64,000 nucleotides of DNA from an uncultured Verrucomicrobiae bacterium (GTDB lineage: Bacteria > Verrucomicrobiota > Verrucomicrobiia > Limisphaerales > Palsa-1400): the NCBI GenBank assembly GCA_963707025.1, contig CAVPOM010000006.1:96001-160000 (forward strand), in the 5' to 3' direction. The position numbers were made by a program, and so were the translations under genes. This document shows, piece by piece, positions 50,797-59,695 of the stretch (positions within the stretch are counted from its first letter, which is position 1; the number at the start of each line of letters is the position of its first letter). The notes under the pieces are model-generated. The model was not told where the DNA came from, did not search any database, and saw only the letters and a program-made list of their open reading frames with translations.

Positions 50797-51290
50797 GCAA
50801 AATGAAGAATGAAAATTGCAGAAGGAAAAGGGCGCACGGAGTGCTGGGGTGGCGGAGCAAAGTCTAAAGGCTGAAGGCTGAAGGCTAAAAGTTGGGACAA
50901 GGATGTGTGGAGTGATGGAGTAATGGGCCCGAAACTTCAAAAAAACACCTTGATTCACCTTGATTGGGCTTGATTGAGCTTGCTTGGAAAAGCCTGATTT
51001 AGTGTGTAAATTGTTCATGGACAGGCATTTGGATTGAATTGCCGCCAAAATGCGCAAAAGCCGCAAAAGAAGGCATTGTTGCAGGCGGATGAGAACGGAA
51101 AATAACACGATTAGACACGAACGAGCACCATTGGGACGGGGATGAATTGCCGCGAGAGGGCGCAAAAGAACGCAAAAGGAACGACCCCCTCCTACGAGGC
51201 GAAGACCATAGGGCTCCTTTTTCTTCGCAGGCCGTTTTACTTGGATTGACTTGGATGGATTTGGATTGGGCCGGATTGGATTCACCTGAC
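50797..51290. repeat. Patch of short degenerate tandem repeats
   Basis: aaggctg x3, cttgatt 10-mers, ttgga-like 5-mers, two aattgccgc...gcgcaaaag...cgcaaaag units. Confidence 0.8.
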
Positions 51291-51421
51291 CGGCACCGAT
51301 CTTGAACGTTACAGATGGATGCTCCTTTTGGTGGAGGCTGGGCGAACGATAAACCGTCGGAGTCCCGGATTGGTTCCGCGCGCCGCCTGACCTTTGTGGC
51401 CTTGCCCTCATTTCTGAGGAA

Positions 51422-51450
51422 AGATTAGTTGATAAGCCGGATTCTGTCAA
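51422..51450 (-). promoter_or_regulatory. Sigma-70-type promoter facing the response regulator
   Basis: TTGACA-17 nt-TAATCT on the minus strand. Confidence 0.6.
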
Positions 51451-51513
51451 AGGAAAAGCAAAAGTCCTGATTTACAAGTTGCCTGGCGGGCTGAGCCGCG
51501 CTAGATTTTTGCC

Positions 51514-51705
51514 ATGAGTGCCATCGAAGTCATTGCTGAAATCAAGGCTCTGCCGGACCACGAACGGGATCGTGTGCTGGGTTTTCTGATAGCCGACGCC
51601 GAATTGCGCGAAGACTTGCAGGACAGCATGGTGATAGAGTCCCGACGCCATGAGCCGAGCCGGCCGCTCGCGGACGTGTTGAACGACCTCGATATCAAGG
51701 TGTGA
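51514..51705 (+). CDS. Small antitoxin-like protein
   Basis: 63 aa, acidic, GTGA overlap with the relE-like gene. Confidence 0.7.
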   Translation: MSAIEVIAEIKALPDHERDRVLGFLIADAELREDLQDSMVIESRRHEPSRPLADVLNDLDIKV

Positions 51706-51954
51706 GCTTCCGCGTTGCAGTCCGCGGCTCCGCCGAGAAGGAGCTCGGCCGTCTTTCAACCCAGGCCCGCCGGCGCATTGCCAGGGCTTTGCTTGTTGGG
51801 AGAGCAGCCGCTCCCTCCTGGGGTGAGGAAATTGAAAGGCTCGGAGGGTTACCGCATTCGGGTGGGTGATTACCGCGTCCTCTACACGATTGACACACAA
51901 AATAGCGAGGTTTCCGTTTTTGCCATCGGTCACAGAAAAGACGTTTACCGTTGA
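51702..51954 (+). pseudogene. RelE-family toxin, frameshifted near 51790
   Basis: MSFRVAVRGSAEKELGRL...RIARAL in one frame; PPGVRKLKG...YRIRVGDYRVLY...IGHRKDVYR in another. Confidence 0.8.
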
Positions 51955-52283
51955 ACGCGCAACACCGTTTGTGGTGGTGATTGCCGGAAACCGCCTAAAA
52001 ATGAACCAAACTATGCGTGAAATCTTTCCCCTTCCCTTTCCTCAATATGCGATTATGCGGGACCCCTCTGGCTTCTTGCGGTTTGAGGCGGGGGATGAGC
52101 TTCAACCCCTCCTCCCCGCTGTCCGCCGTGGTCAACTGGATTTCCGGCTGGTCAAAAATGCGGCGGAACGAGTATTGCACATCCGCTTCGTCATCAATTA
52201 AAAGGAGCTTTTCCATGTTCACGCGCCCGCAGCATAACCGGGTGCAAGGCAAAATGAAGAATGAAAAATAACACGGTTGGGCC

Positions 52284-53513
52284 TCAAGGCTCCGGCAGGA
52301 GGCGGCGGGCGTGGAGCAGGGATCTGAGGTGGGGGCGGTCGGCCAACGGGGAGGCAGGGTCCAGGCTGCTGATATGCACCGTCCCAAAGGACTGGATGAA
52401 GAGCTTGTCTTGCAGGTAAATTGCGGTGTGCGTGATCCGCTCGGGACCGGTCCCGCCGGCGGCACGGCCAAAGAAAAGCAGGTCGCCTTTTTTCAGGGAT
52501 TTCAAATCGCCATCCAGCAGCACTTCCACGCCCTGGCGGCATTGCTCGCCGGCGTCGCGATTCAAATCCATGCCGTTAATATAATACACCAGCCTGGTGA
52601 AGCCGGAGCAATCCAGGCCGCGCCAGGAAATGCCGCCCCAGAGGTAAGGCAGGCCCAAGTAAAGCCGGGCCGTGCGTTCGATGTTTTCCGCCGTGAGATG
52701 GCGTTGGGCCAGCCAGGCCGCGTAATCCACCGCCGCGGTTTTGGGCAGCCAGCCGGGCCGTCCGTCCGGCAACTCGACCTTGAACCAATCCCCCTCTGTG
52801 GCCACGCGCTTGACCAAATCGCACTGCACGACATCCGACACCGGCGGCGTGTTGGTGGAAGGTTCCTGCACAATCTGTGCCTCCAACACGGTGACGATCA
52901 ACAGGGGCGCGGCCTTCCAGGCCTCGGCTTGCTCTTTGGTGCAGGGGGTGAAGGAACCCCCGTCGGACCAACTGAGATAGTCGTCGGCGGTCTGGACAAG
53001 GTACCAGTTGGGTCGCCCGTTGGGTGGCGCGTTGGTTTGCATTTTCCACAGACGGAGAACGGTTCCCATAAATGCTTGTGTTGCCATGTCCCGTGAGTTT
53101 TCAGCAAAAGGCCGCACACGCAGGTTGACCAGGCTCCGGGTCGCAAGACCCCAGACGCGCCCGCCCAAAACCGCCTCCGGCAGCACCGTGATGCGGTCGG
53201 TGACATCGCACCCCGCCGCTTGCACCGCGGCCAACGCCGCTTCCTTGGCGGTCGGGCTGTCCACGTCGCCTTGCAAGATGACGGTGTTCCCGTCCTGCCG
53301 GGCATTGACCTGGAAAATGGCCATTTTGGTGTCCGGGGCGAACTTCTCCTGGACGCGCCGCAAAGCGTCCAGCGCGGCTTGGAAGCCAGTGGCATTGGCA
53401 AGGTCCCGGGCGTCCTGCGTTTTCTGGGCGGCGCAACGGGGGGCGAGCAGGTTCACCGAGGCGATGGCCAGCGCCAGGCACGCGGCGTTCCAGGCAACAG
53501 TTTTCATATTCAC
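52284..53513 (-). CDS. NlpC/P60 peptidase with BON-like and SH3-like domains
   Basis: Signal peptide, PYLWGG, DCSGF, RDA..Q, GDLLFF, THTAIY. Confidence 0.9.
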   Translation of the reverse strand: MNMKTVAWNAACLALAIASVNLLAPRCAAQKTQDARDLANATGFQAALDALRRVQEKFAPDTKMAIFQVNARQDGNTVILQGDVDSPTAKEAALAAVQAAGCDVTDRITVLPEAVLGGRVWGLATRSLVNLRVRPFAENSRDMATQAFMGTVLRLWKMQTNAPPNGRPNWYLVQTADDYLSWSDGGSFTPCTKEQAEAWKAAPLLIVTVLEAQIVQEPSTNTPPVSDVVQCDLVKRVATEGDWFKVELPDGRPGWLPKTAAVDYAAWLAQRHLTAENIERTARLYLGLPYLWGGISWRGLDCSGFTRLVYYINGMDLNRDAGEQCRQGVEVLLDGDLKSLKKGDLLFFGRAAGGTGPERITHTAIYLQDKLFIQSFGTVHISSLDPASPLADRPHLRSLLHARRLLPEP

Positions 53514-53550
53514 ATCAAGAGCTTATCGGTAAATCATGTTGTCGCAGGCT

Positions 53551-53663
53551 CATCATTCTTCCGCCGTGACGGTCTGGGCGTGGGTGACTTTTCGAGGTGT
53601 TGTTTCTTCTTCAGGCCGAGATACACGATGCCGCCGGCCAGACTCCCAAAAAGGGTGCCGGCG
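53551..53663 (-). pseudogene. Diverged duplicate of the 3' end of the gene at 54488-55597
   Basis: About 85% identical to 54486-54599 by manual alignment (16 mismatches, 1 gap); encodes SLAGGIVYLGLKKKQHL...VTHAQTVTAEE*. Confidence 0.9.
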
Positions 53664-53681
53664 ATTCCTCTGTATGCCGCG

Positions 53682-54143
53682 TCAGGATCTCGCGGACAGA
53701 AGCTGTCCCGCGTGCATCACCACGCGCTCGCAAATGCCGTCGAAGACGGGCTTTTGTTCGCGGCACCAGGCGAAAATCTCGGCTGCCCGCGCGCCGGCAT
53801 AGTCATGAGCTATCATGTTGCGCACGTCCTTCATTTCCCGCAATTCCTCTCCGCGAGCCACCACCCCGCGCTTTTCGGCGCGATGGATAACATCCAGGAG
53901 CGAGCCTTGGGGATGCAATTCCATCCGGTCCAAACCGCGGAGAACCTTGTTGACGAGCAAATCCACCGACCGGGCAAAACGGCCGGTGAACGCCTCGGCG
54001 CTTTCCAATTGCTGCTCGCTCGCGCCTTGCAAAGTAGCCGGCAATCCGGCGATCTGCCGGCAGGAAAAGTCCAGATGCCGGCGGGCGCTGGCCAATTCCG
54101 CCAGGGCCTGTTCGAGCAGGCTGCGTGCCTGATCTGGTTTCAT
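53682..54143 (-). CDS. HEPN-domain protein (putative toxin)
   Basis: EAFTGRFAR and the RNMIAHDY (RX4H) motif. Confidence 0.85.
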   Translation of the reverse strand: MKPDQARSLLEQALAELASARRHLDFSCRQIAGLPATLQGASEQQLESAEAFTGRFARSVDLLVNKVLRGLDRMELHPQGSLLDVIHRAEKRGVVARGEELREMKDVRNMIAHDYAGARAAEIFAWCREQKPVFDGICERVVMHAGQLLSARS

Positions 54144-54427
54144 AATTTGACTCCCGTTTCCCGCGCCGTGGCCGCCAGCGGCTCGTTCATTTGATCGCGG
54201 CGCCGCACCACCAAGTCCAGTTGTTGCCAGCCGATGCGATCCAGAATCCGGGTGCGCAACCGCAGCACCTCGCGGAAACCCAATGTTTCCGAGATGACCA
54301 GCAGGTCAACATCACCACCGCGCGCCGTGTCATCCACACGCGAACCGTAAAGATAGACCTCGGCCTTGGGGTCCAGCCGCCCAATCTCCTCGCGAATCGC
54401 GGTAATCTCATTCGCCGTCAGTCTCAT
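54140..54427 (-). CDS. Minimal nucleotidyltransferase (MNT antitoxin)
   Basis: VYLYGSRVDDTARGGDVDLLV. Confidence 0.9.
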   Translation of the reverse strand: MRLTANEITAIREEIGRLDPKAEVYLYGSRVDDTARGGDVDLLVISETLGFREVLRLRTRILDRIGWQQLDLVVRRRDQMNEPLAATARETGVKL

Positions 54428-54487
54428 GCCGGCACTGTCTCAAAAAACCTCTGATCCGTCAAACCGGATGTAAATCTCATGCTTCCA

Positions 54488-55597
54488 TCATTCTTCCGCC
54501 GCAACGGTTTCAGCATGGGTCACTTCTTCCAGATGTTGTTTCTTTTTCAGGCCGAGATAAACCAGGCCGCCGGCCAGACTCCAAAAAAGGCTGCCCGCGT
54601 AGGCGAGCAGGGAAAGGGACAGGGCGGTGTTTTTGGGGACGCCGATTTCGGGCACGGCCAGCATCAGGACGAAGAGATTTTCGCGCACGCCCAGGCCGCT
54701 GGGGGTGATGGGCAGGGCGGAGATGCAAAAGATCATGGGCACGATGACCAGCCAGGCCGGGGAGGAAACCCGCGCGCCCAGCCCGGCGGACAACACCATC
54801 ATTTGCAGCACGCAGGCGGCGTTGACCAGCAGGGAAAGAGCCAGCGTTTTCCGCAAAAATCCCCGGCTCTGGCCAAAGTGACGGCAGGAATCGAGGGAGC
54901 GTTCCAGAAAATCGCCCTTGGGGAATTTCCGCAACCAATGGCGCGCGCGGGGAAAGCGTTTGGACAGGCCGCCCCAGAACGCCACGCCCAGCACCGCGCT
55001 GGCCCCGCCCAGCATCAGCAGGATGAGCAAGGCGGGCGCGCCCAGTTGCCGGTGTCGCCGGAGCAGGGCGGCGTTGGGAATCATCATCAGGGCGGCGAAA
55101 AGGAGCATGGCCCAGAGGCCGAGCAGCCGGTCCACAAACACGGTGACGACCGCCTCGGTTTTCTTGTGGTGCGTTTCGCGCGCGGCGTAAAGGGCCTTGA
55201 TAACGTCCCCGCCGGTGGAGCCGAGGAGGAAGGCATTGAAAAACTGGGCCACGAAAGTAATGCCGGTGGCGCGGCCCCACGGCAGAGGCAGGCCCTGCAC
55301 CCCCAACACCAGGCGCCAGCGGGCCACCCCCAGCAGGATTGTCAATAATACGCAGAGCAGGGAACCGGCCAGGGCCAGGGGCTGGACCGTGCTGAGGGTG
55401 TGCCAGAGCTCGCGCGGGCCGGTGGTCCAGGCCATGTGCCATTGCTGCAGACGGGTGAGATCGTTCCAAGCGCGGCCCTGGGCTTCCACCAACGCCCTGC
55501 CCTCGCTCAGGAAAATGGATTGAAAAATCCAGGCCAGCAGAAAGGCGCACAGCGCCACCCGCCAACCGACGCGCCAGGCAGATTTGAGTCCCCTCAT
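54488..55597 (-). CDS. Lysylphosphatidylglycerol-synthase-TM / UPF0104 flippase-like membrane protein
   Basis: RWRLVL, FFN....STGGDVIK, VDRLLGL, LPITPSGLGVRE. Confidence 0.85.
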   Translation of the reverse strand: MRGLKSAWRVGWRVALCAFLLAWIFQSIFLSEGRALVEAQGRAWNDLTRLQQWHMAWTTGPRELWHTLSTVQPLALAGSLLCVLLTILLGVARWRLVLGVQGLPLPWGRATGITFVAQFFNAFLLGSTGGDVIKALYAARETHHKKTEAVVTVFVDRLLGLWAMLLFAALMMIPNAALLRRHRQLGAPALLILLMLGGASAVLGVAFWGGLSKRFPRARHWLRKFPKGDFLERSLDSCRHFGQSRGFLRKTLALSLLVNAACVLQMMVLSAGLGARVSSPAWLVIVPMIFCISALPITPSGLGVRENLFVLMLAVPEIGVPKNTALSLSLLAYAGSLFWSLAGGLVYLGLKKKQHLEEVTHAETVAAEE

Positions 55598-56508
55598 TCC
55601 GCACCCCAAAGCTGCTTGATGTGGGCCACGCCCGCCCGGGCCTCTTCCTCGGTCAGGCTCGGGCTGAACTCGAAGACTTTGATGTGCTCCGGCTTGACCG
55701 ACCGTTTGAGCGCGGCAAAATCAATCATGCCCTGGCCCGGCGCGCGATGGTCGCGGGCTGGAAATTCGACATCATGGACATGGAAGCCGAGCAGGCGCCC
55801 GGCCAGCGATTCCAGGTGCATGACATGGGAAATGAAACCCAGGTTCTCCTTGATTTGGGCGTGGCCGGTGTCGTGCCAATAGCCCACGCCCGGCCGGTTG
55901 AATTCGCGCAGGAGAAACGCCAAATCGTCTTCCAGGGGGATTTCCTCCAGGGCGGCGCGGTTTTCGATGCCCAATTTGAGGCCGCGCCTCTCGGCTTCCG
56001 CGGCCAGACGCCCCAGCATTTCCTCGGCGAGGTCCACCGACTCGATTTTTTTCGCTTCGCGCTTTTCCATCAGCTCGGCGCAGAGCTTTTCGTATTTGGG
56101 CGTTCCCTTTTGCCCGTCCTGGGCCATGACCGCGAGTTTGTCGGTGTATTGCTTCATCTCGATTTCGCCCAGGTGCAGGACGACGACCCCGGCCTGGACG
56201 CGGGCGGCGGTTTCGATGGTTTTCAGGGTGTGCCGCCAGGCGTTTTCGCGCTCGCGGGGGTTGGCGGAGGAGAACTTGTAAAGATTGGGGGCGGCATGTT
56301 GGACGCCCATGGGGAGGGGACAAAAATTATGCAGCGAGGAGATTTTCATCTCGCCGGCGTCCACCGCCTCGAGGATGCCGGGGAGCAAACCGACGCGGAT
56401 GCCGTGGCTGAGTTCCGCGCGGTCAAAGCCCAGGGCATGAATTTCGCGCAGCAGGGCGCGTCCGTCGGTATGGCGGTGGGAATTCCAGCAAGTCGAAAAT
56501 GAATACAT
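55594..56508 (-). CDS. Sugar-phosphate isomerase/epimerase (xylose-isomerase-like TIM barrel)
   Basis: SLHNFCP, VVLH, GIENR, HDTGH, HVHD, DH..PG.G.IDF. Confidence 0.85.
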   Translation of the reverse strand: MYSFSTCWNSHRHTDGRALLREIHALGFDRAELSHGIRVGLLPGILEAVDAGEMKISSLHNFCPLPMGVQHAAPNLYKFSSANPRERENAWRHTLKTIETAARVQAGVVVLHLGEIEMKQYTDKLAVMAQDGQKGTPKYEKLCAELMEKREAKKIESVDLAEEMLGRLAAEAERRGLKLGIENRAALEEIPLEDDLAFLLREFNRPGVGYWHDTGHAQIKENLGFISHVMHLESLAGRLLGFHVHDVEFPARDHRAPGQGMIDFAALKRSVKPEHIKVFEFSPSLTEEEARAGVAHIKQLWGAE

Positions 56509-56511
56509 GAC

Positions 56512-56549
56512 AGAAAGCCGGGCGCCGTCCGTGGGAGGTGGCGCCCGGC
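56512..56549 (-). terminator. Intrinsic terminator downstream of rpsU
   Basis: 10-bp stem gccgggcgcc/ggcgcccggc followed by TTTCT on the minus strand. Confidence 0.7.
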
Positions 56550-56568
56550 GGTGAGAATGCCAAACAGG

Positions 56569-56766
56569 TCACATATCGGCGTAGCGGGCGGTCAGCATGG
56601 CGGAAAAACGGGCGGCCTTGGTTTTGCGCCGTTTGCGTTCGCTGGGCTTTTCAAAGTGCCGGTGGTTGCGCACTTCCTTGAGTGTGCCTTCCCGGTCTAT
56701 CTTTTTCTTCAGCCGGCGCAGCGCCTTGTCCACGGGTTCGCCCTTTTTAAGTCTTATTTCGGTCAA
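56569..56766 (-). CDS. rpsU: 30S ribosomal protein S21
   Basis: KKGEPVDKALRRLKKK...FEKPSERKRRK; TTG start. Confidence 0.95.
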   Translation of the reverse strand: MTEIRLKKGEPVDKALRRLKKKIDREGTLKEVRNHRHFEKPSERKRRKTKAARFSAMLTARYADM

Positions 56767-56997
56767 AAATTCTCACTTCCTCTCCGCCTTAGCGCCGGGC
56801 CTGCATGACCCGCGCTCTTAAATCATTGCCTACGATGCGCCCGGCGGCGGGCGGTGTCAACCGGCAAAACACGGGGCGCATCTTGCCGCCGCCACCGTGC
56901 TTGCTTCAACCGCTCCAGAGGACCCTCCTGGGGCCTGCTGCAGGACGGCGCGTTGGGTGAAAGGGTGCGGGCCAATTGTCTCAACCCGGACTGAGAT

Positions 56998-57323
56998 CTC
57001 TGCAAAACGCGCCTCCACGGTTGTAGCGACGGTCCATGACCTTGTCATTACCCACATCTTTTTTATACTTGGATCAGTTTGCCTTCTGCGCGCCCGCATT
57101 CCCCAGCAGAATGGAAGAAAGCTGGTCTTCGGTCACTCCGTCCGGGGTGCCAGTTTTCTTTCTGCGGAAGGGCGTGGACTGCCAAGCGCATTGAAAGTGG
57201 TAGTGATTTGTTCGTAACATACTCATAGATAACACGTTGCATAATCAGCGTAACTTAACCAACCCCACCAGAGATGTGGGTAATGACAAGGTCATAGACC
57301 GCCGCTACAGGCGTTTTGCAGAG
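56998..57323. mobile_element. Non-coding element with nested inverted repeats (MITE/REP-like)
   Basis: 57022-57059 and 57272-57309 are 36/38 complementary; outer 13-bp IR at 56998-57010 and 57311-57323. Confidence 0.7.
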
Positions 57324-57368
57324 GTTCTCGGACTGGTTTTTGGCTCGGAAGCCCTGGCCAGGCTCCAC

Positions 57369-58334
57369 CTAATCAAAGGCGTGGCCGGCGCAACAAAGAA
57401 CGTCCCGGACTTTGTGGCGGACCAATTCTTTGACGCGCGCCCGGGCGGGGCCGAGGTATTTGCGCGGGTCAAATTCTTTCGGGCTTTCAAAGAGGCATTT
57501 GCGGATGGCGGCGGTCATGGCCAGGCGCAAGTCGGTGTCAATGTTGACTTTAGTGCAGCCGACGCGCCGGGCGATTTCGATGTCGGCCTCGGGCACGCCG
57601 GCCGTGTCTTCGCCCAGTTTGCCGCCATATTTGTTGATTTCCTGCACCAAGTCCTTGGGCACGCTGGAAGCGCCGTGCAGGACCAGGGGATAATCGCCCA
57701 GGCCGGCGTCGAGCAGGGCTTTCTTGATGGCTTGGAGGCGATCCAAATCGAGGTGTTGGGCGCCTTTGAATTTATAAGCGCCGTGGGAGTTGCCGATGGC
57801 GACGGCCAGGGAATCCACCCCGGTCTGGCGCACGAAATCCACCGCTTCGTCCGGGTGGGTATAAGCGCCGCCTTTGGAATAGCCGCCCCCTTCCTCGCCC
57901 GCGTCGTGCTGCGCGCCCACCAGCATGCCCAACTCCCCTTCCACCACGCAATTGTGCGGGTGGGCGTATTCGACGACGCGCCGGCATAGTTCGACGTTTC
58001 TGGCCAGGGTTTCGTGGCTGCCGTCAATCATCACGCTGGTAAAGCCCTCATCAATGCATTCCTTGCAAAGCTCGAAGGTGTCGCCGTGATCCAGATGCAC
58101 GGCCAGGGGAATGTTGCTGGTGGAAATGGCCGCTTCGATCAACTTTTTCAGATAGACCGGGTTGGCATATTGCCGGGCGCCCTTGGAGATTTGCAGGATG
58201 AAGGGGGCCTTTTCCTCCTCGCAGGCTTCGACGATGGCCTGGAGCAGTTCCATATCATTGACATTGAAGGCCCCCAGCGCGTATTTTCCCTTGAGGGCTT
58301 TGGCGAACAGGTCTTTGGTGTGTGTCAGTGGCAT
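57369..58334 (-). CDS. fba: Class II fructose-1,6-bisphosphate aldolase
   Basis: GAFNV, HLDHG, SVMIDGS, VEGELG, AIGNSHGAYK, LVLHGAS, KVNIDTD, FDPRKYL. Confidence 0.95.
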   Translation of the reverse strand: MPLTHTKDLFAKALKGKYALGAFNVNDMELLQAIVEACEEEKAPFILQISKGARQYANPVYLKKLIEAAISTSNIPLAVHLDHGDTFELCKECIDEGFTSVMIDGSHETLARNVELCRRVVEYAHPHNCVVEGELGMLVGAQHDAGEEGGGYSKGGAYTHPDEAVDFVRQTGVDSLAVAIGNSHGAYKFKGAQHLDLDRLQAIKKALLDAGLGDYPLVLHGASSVPKDLVQEINKYGGKLGEDTAGVPEADIEIARRVGCTKVNIDTDLRLAMTAAIRKCLFESPKEFDPRKYLGPARARVKELVRHKVRDVLCCAGHAFD

Positions 58335-58471
58335 AAATCAGTTGGCCAGCGCGCGGTTGTGCGCTCGTTGACAGGGAGTATAGAAAACGGCGGCGGCAAT
58401 GTAAAGCAAGGATGGAGGAGGAAGGATGGATCGGATTTGATTTTCCCGCCGATTACTGGTGGTATCTCTCC

Positions 58472-59662
58472 ATGCAAAAGGATTACGCCGTTTCAGGGCT
58501 TTGGCAGCGGGAATTCGATGACGCCGCGATGCGGGATTGGGCCATCGAGTTGCGCCAACAGTTGCGCGCGCCAAAAGTGTCGCTGGGGCTGGTGTTTATG
58601 ACGCCGCAGTTCTTCCCGGTGGCGGCCCAGATTCTGGAATTGATCCGCGTGCATGGCCAGGTGCCGCTGCTGGCGGGTTGTTCCAGCACCGGACTCATTG
58701 TTGGCGGACGGGAATGGGAGGAGAAACCCGGGGTGGCGTTGTCCCTTTTTTCCCTGCCGGGAGGGGAATGGCGCGCTTGGCGTTTCAACCAGCAGCAGGT
58801 GGGGGAGGCCGGCAGCCCCGCTTACTGGCGCTTAAAAACCGGTTTGGCCCCGGACCAAATCAACGGCTGGCTGGTATTCGCCGACCCATTTCACCTGGAT
58901 GCCGAGGCGTTTTTGCGCGGGTGGAATGGCGCGTTTCCGGGCCGGCCGGTGGTAGGCGGGCTGGCGGGCGGGGATTTCACGGAGCAGACCACGCAAGTTT
59001 ATTTCAATGGCGGCGTTTTTGAGGAAGGCGGCGTGGCGCTGGGGGTGGGCGGCGCGGTGGAGTTGTTGAGCCTGGTTTCACAGGGTTGCACGCCCATCGG
59101 CCAGTCGTGGATCATTACCAAGGCGGAGGGCAATTTCATTCACCAAATCGCCAACCGTCCGGCTTATGAAGTTCTGGTCGAGACCTTCGGCAATCTTTCC
59201 AGCCGCGAACAATTGCAGGCGCGCGGCAATTTGTTCATCGGCCTGGTGGTCAATGAATACCTGGAGGATTTCCACCGCGGCGATTTCCTGGTGCGCAACA
59301 TTTTGGGCGCCGACCCCAAATCCGGCAGCCTGGCGGTGGGCGCCTGGCCGCGCCAAGGCCAAACCCTGCAATTCCAGCGCCGCGACGCCGCCGCGGCGGA
59401 CGAGGACATGAAGTCGTTGCTCGGCCGCCTGGCCGGGCAGTTGGGCGGGCGGCGCCTTTTTGGCGGTTGCCTGTGCTGTTGCAACGGGCGCGGACACCGG
59501 CTTTTCGGCCAGATGGATCACGACGCCGGTTTGGTGCAGCAGAAGATCGGGCCGTTGGAATTGACCGGCTTTTTCTGCAACGGCGAATTGGGGCCGATCG
59601 GCGACAAAACTTTTCTGCACAGCTACACCGCCTCGCTCGGCCTGTTCGCGCAGAAGGGCTAG
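58472..59662 (+). CDS. FIST-domain protein
   Basis: GCSSTG, FADPF, VGGLA, VSQGCTPIG, CNGRG, GFFCNGELGP, HSYT. Confidence 0.9.
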   Translation: MQKDYAVSGLWQREFDDAAMRDWAIELRQQLRAPKVSLGLVFMTPQFFPVAAQILELIRVHGQVPLLAGCSSTGLIVGGREWEEKPGVALSLFSLPGGEWRAWRFNQQQVGEAGSPAYWRLKTGLAPDQINGWLVFADPFHLDAEAFLRGWNGAFPGRPVVGGLAGGDFTEQTTQVYFNGGVFEEGGVALGVGGAVELLSLVSQGCTPIGQSWIITKAEGNFIHQIANRPAYEVLVETFGNLSSREQLQARGNLFIGLVVNEYLEDFHRGDFLVRNILGADPKSGSLAVGAWPRQGQTLQFQRRDAAAADEDMKSLLGRLAGQLGGRRLFGGCLCCCNGRGHRLFGQMDHDAGLVQQKIGPLELTGFFCNGELGPIGDKTFLHSYTASLGLFAQKG

Positions 59663-59695
59663 GAGCGCCCGCGCGGCCGGCTCAAGCAGCGGGCC

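Larger units (their letters stand above)
50628..52267. repeat. Direct repeat of the promoter and first ~45 codons of the response regulator (50628-50815 and 52080-52267)
   Basis: 158/160 identical core at constant offset 1452, plus a shared gcaaaatgaagaatgaaaa. Confidence 0.95.

Noticed and set aside
51416..51448. RNase P RNA-like words (GAGGAAAG and GACAGAATCCGGCTTATC)
   Set aside because: They lie on opposite strands and adjacent to each other; the sequence is better explained as a sigma-70 promoter.
50767..51450. 227-aa ORF through the repeat patch
   Set aside because: Translation is dominated by tandem-repeat artefacts such as FSLQPSAF.
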